Positions 61,608 through 64,000 of a stretch of 64,000 nt of DNA are shown here, in pieces. The DNA is from Alphaproteobacteria bacterium (lineage in GTDB: Bacteria > Pseudomonadota > Alphaproteobacteria > UBA6615), in contig CBDHEC010000018.1 in the NCBI GenBank assembly GCA_965261975.1, positions 9,142 through 73,141 of the forward strand, in the 5' to 3' direction. The notes under the pieces are model-generated. The model worked only from the letters and a program-made list of their open reading frames with translations, had not been told where the DNA came from and did not search any database. A program made the position numbers and the translations under genes. Within the stretch, counting starts at the first letter, position 1. Each line of letters begins with the position of its first letter.

Positions 61608-62249
61608 ATGAACGCCGAGAAACCAGTCAAAGAATGCCGGTTCGACACGCTGAGCCAGTCGCAGACCGTGGCGGCCATCGACCTCATCGCGGACGTCTTC
61701 AGCCGTCACGAACCGCTGGCGCTAACGGTCGGGCAAACCCATGACGAATTCACCGCGATGCTCGGCGTATTTTTACCCGCCGCATTGCCCGAAGGGCTGA
61801 CGATGGGAGCATTCGACGTCGACCGGCTGGTGGGAATCGCGCTCACCACCCCGTTCACCTTCACCCCGCCGCCGGAGATCGAGGGTACATCGCCGAACTA
61901 CCCACCGATCGGTGCACTTATCGAAGCACTGGAACACGGATATGAACACCGGAATGCCGGCCGGCTGGACCGCTGCGCCCATATTCACATGCTGGCGATC
62001 GACGATAGGGCGCGCGGGCGCGGGGTCGCCCAGGCGCTGGTGAACGCGACGGCGCAGAACGCGCGCGCAAAGGGGTTCGAGGCGGTCCTGTCGGACGCGA
62101 CAAACCCCACATCACAGCGGGTTTTCGCCAATCTGGGTTTCGAGACCCGCAACGAAATCCGCTACGACTCGTTCGAGCATGACGGCGTCCGGACGTTCGA
62201 ATCCATTGCGAATCTGGGCGCCATCAAGCTGGTCGAAAAACGCGTCTAG
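61608..62249 (+). CDS. GNAT family N-acetyltransferase
   Basis: LAID..ARGRGVA acetyl-CoA motif A, ATN..SQRVF..LGF and FSRHEPL; start at ATG 61608. Confidence 0.83.
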   Translation: MNAEKPVKECRFDTLSQSQTVAAIDLIADVFSRHEPLALTVGQTHDEFTAMLGVFLPAALPEGLTMGAFDVDRLVGIALTTPFTFTPPPEIEGTSPNYPPIGALIEALEHGYEHRNAGRLDRCAHIHMLAIDDRARGRGVAQALVNATAQNARAKGFEAVLSDATNPTSQRVFANLGFETRNEIRYDSFEHDGVRTFESIANLGAIKLVEKRV

Positions 62250-63464
62250 ATTTCCTGTCCGTTCAAGCTGATCTTGACGTCGGCCACCACGGAATCGGCC
62301 AGCGTCGCATGCAGATAGCAAACCGTCGCGGCGATCTTCATGAGCTTCTCATGGGTCTCGTCGTCCTCGTCACCCGACAGGAACAGGTGGGTATCGACCG
62401 GCTCGATATCGCCGTTCCACGACCCGTCGGCCGGATCACCAGAAAGCATGAAGGGCGTGTACTGGACCAGTCGCGCGCCGCGAATGTTGAACTTCTGGTG
62501 GATCGTGTAGCGCTCGACCTGCGTCAGGTAACAGAACGCGATCCCCGCTGCGATCAGGGCCAGGCCGCTCGGCGCACGGTCTCCATCTTCCCGTTCGTCG
62601 GTCTTGAACTTGAAGTTGCTCATCCCCGGCAGACCCAGGACGGCATCCGTTTCGACCACGCCTGCGGGATCCAGCAACTCGCTGTTGCCCGCGATCGTAC
62701 GCACGATGCGTTTGACCTTGTCGTCCGTACCGTTGATTGCGGGCTGTATCTCGCCCTCGTTCGCCGCGCCGGTCTTCCAGATGATGTCCGTCAGTTCGTC
62801 CGAACCTTCCAGGGGTGTCGGCACTGCACTGTAAGTCTTGTAGGGATCAGGCACATCCGGTGTGTCGGAGTTCGGCAGCGACGCGACGACCCGACGGCGG
62901 CCGTTCACGTAGATCGCGAAGGTGCTGGTCACCGGTGTCTGCATGGTCGCCATCGCCGGCGACGCCTTGATTGCATCATCGACCAGCTTCGAGATCACAT
63001 CTGCCGGTGCCGGCGAGGAAATTTCGGCATGGATGCGCGACGGCTCCACATGCCCCTTGGCGTCACCGCGCACGAATGAACCGATGATGTAGTAGCCGTT
63101 CTTGAGATCCAGCTTCAGGTCATCGATCTGGATACCGCGCACCGCCGCGATTCTCAGGAGACGTCCAATCAGATCGGAATCCAGGCCTGCATTGAAGAAA
63201 CCCAACGGGAACGGTGCGACATCGGCGCCGCCGAGGTGAAGCCCTTCATCAGTCGCCAGCCGCCAGACGCTTCCGGTTTCTCCTTCATGGACGATGCCTT
63301 CCTTCTGGTAGCCCGAAAGCGCGCGCCTCGGTCACATAGACATCGCGCGCGGGACCCGCGCCGATAATATCCGGGCGCGCCGTGCCCTGCCGGAATTTGA
63401 AGCCAATCGGGTATCCCGACCCTTCGATTGTTTCCACGGTTTCGGTCGCTTCCATCGTGCTCAT
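62246..63464 (-). pseudogene. Double OsmC-like domain protein with a frameshift (real or sequencing error)
   Basis: Frame from ATG 63464 reads ...YVTEARA then stops at 63285. A second frame, closed upstream by TGA, reads LSGYQKEG...WRLATDEGLHLGGADVAPFPLGFF into the 319-aa ORF (FCYLTQ, CYLHA). Confidence 0.72.
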
Positions 63465-63566
63465 CTGTCGCCTGTCCTGTCTCTGCTGGCTTGGTTTCCA
63501 GTCTGATCGCATGAAACCCGGACCGTGTCGACGCATGGCCGGATTGAACCTGGTGCATGGCGGGCG

Positions 63567-64000
63567 TCAGTCGACGGGTTCGCGCTTGCTGAACCAGTCC
63601 GGCAAATCCTCTTCCGCGGTGCCCGAGAAGATGCACTGCCGGATCGCTTTCGCCTCCTCTGCCGTGACCGTCCCGACATCCTTGGCCGCATCCGTACCAG
63701 ACGTGAAGGCGGGCGGGGGTGCGAAGCAATCCGCACATCGCCGCTTGAGCAACTTCAGGGGCGGCTCACCCTTGAACGTTTCCACAAGGTCGATGGCCGC
63801 GCGCACCGCCGCATCTTCTCCCGTCACCGAAATCACGACCGTGCCTTCCGAGCCTGACACCCCGCCGCCGCCGACATGGACCGCCGTCAGGCCGAACAGG
63901 ATGTCGAACGCCTGGATTTCCGTGATCACCATCGCGTTCATCAACGGCAGCATGCCGATCTTGGTACCGTAGAAGTAATCCGCCTTGGCATGACCGAGCT
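63567..64000 (-). CDS. Hypothetical protein, 3' part (runs off the right edge)
   Basis: Frame is open to the window end: ...GHAKADYFYGTKIGMLPL...ITEIQA...GGGGVSGSEG...KGEPPL...CADC. Confidence 0.7.
   Translation of the reverse strand, partial: LGHAKADYFYGTKIGMLPLMNAMVITEIQAFDILFGLTAVHVGGGGVSGSEGTVVISVTGEDAAVRAAIDLVETFKGEPPLKLLKRRCADCFAPPPAFTSGTDAAKDVGTVTAEEAKAIRQCIFSGTAEEDLPDWFSKREPVD

Noticed and set aside
63285-63287. TGA in the OsmC-like gene as selenocysteine, given the putative selenate transporter nearby
   Set aside because: Read-through meets another TGA within 12 codons, and the conserved sequence continues in a different frame, so this is a frameshift rather than recoding.
1-64000. 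CRISPR arrays, IS elements, prophage, tRNA/tmRNA/rRNA and riboswitches
   Set aside because: No periodic repeats, transposase, integrase or phage genes were seen. Intergenic gaps are short and showed no recognisable RNA; a covariance-model scan would be needed to exclude small RNAs.

Overview
High-GC chromosomal window that looks alphaproteobacterial (dapA-smpB-slt synteny, bactofilin/M23 pair, pcaCHGB, LiuR regulon). It is almost fully coding, with about 63 genes; I saw no rRNA, tRNA, IS, prophage or CRISPR array. From left to right: (1) a split leucine/isovalerate (liu) catabolic cluster with a perfect LiuR palindrome and extra passengers (K+ channel, beta-carbonic anhydrase, two CsgA-like SDRs, Rid protein); (2) housekeeping smpB, dapA, slt, bactofilin-M23; (3) a three-subunit cobalt nitrile hydratase/thiocyanate hydrolase-like operon facing a 399-aa unknown protein; (4) a TetR-controlled extradiol dioxygenase with a clear promoter and two operators; (5) glnS, GTP-PEPCK and pyk; (6) a long run of catabolic genes (duplicated alpha/beta-hydrolases, atypical DapA-like lyase, pcaCHGB, TauD, CmcJ-like, C45, amidase, insect-AANAT-like GNAT) plus a PhnD-like putative selenate ABC transporter. 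Two genes (a multi-rhodanese and a double-OsmC protein) carry single frameshifts that the ORF track hides. All family calls come from motif recognition by eye; no database search was run.
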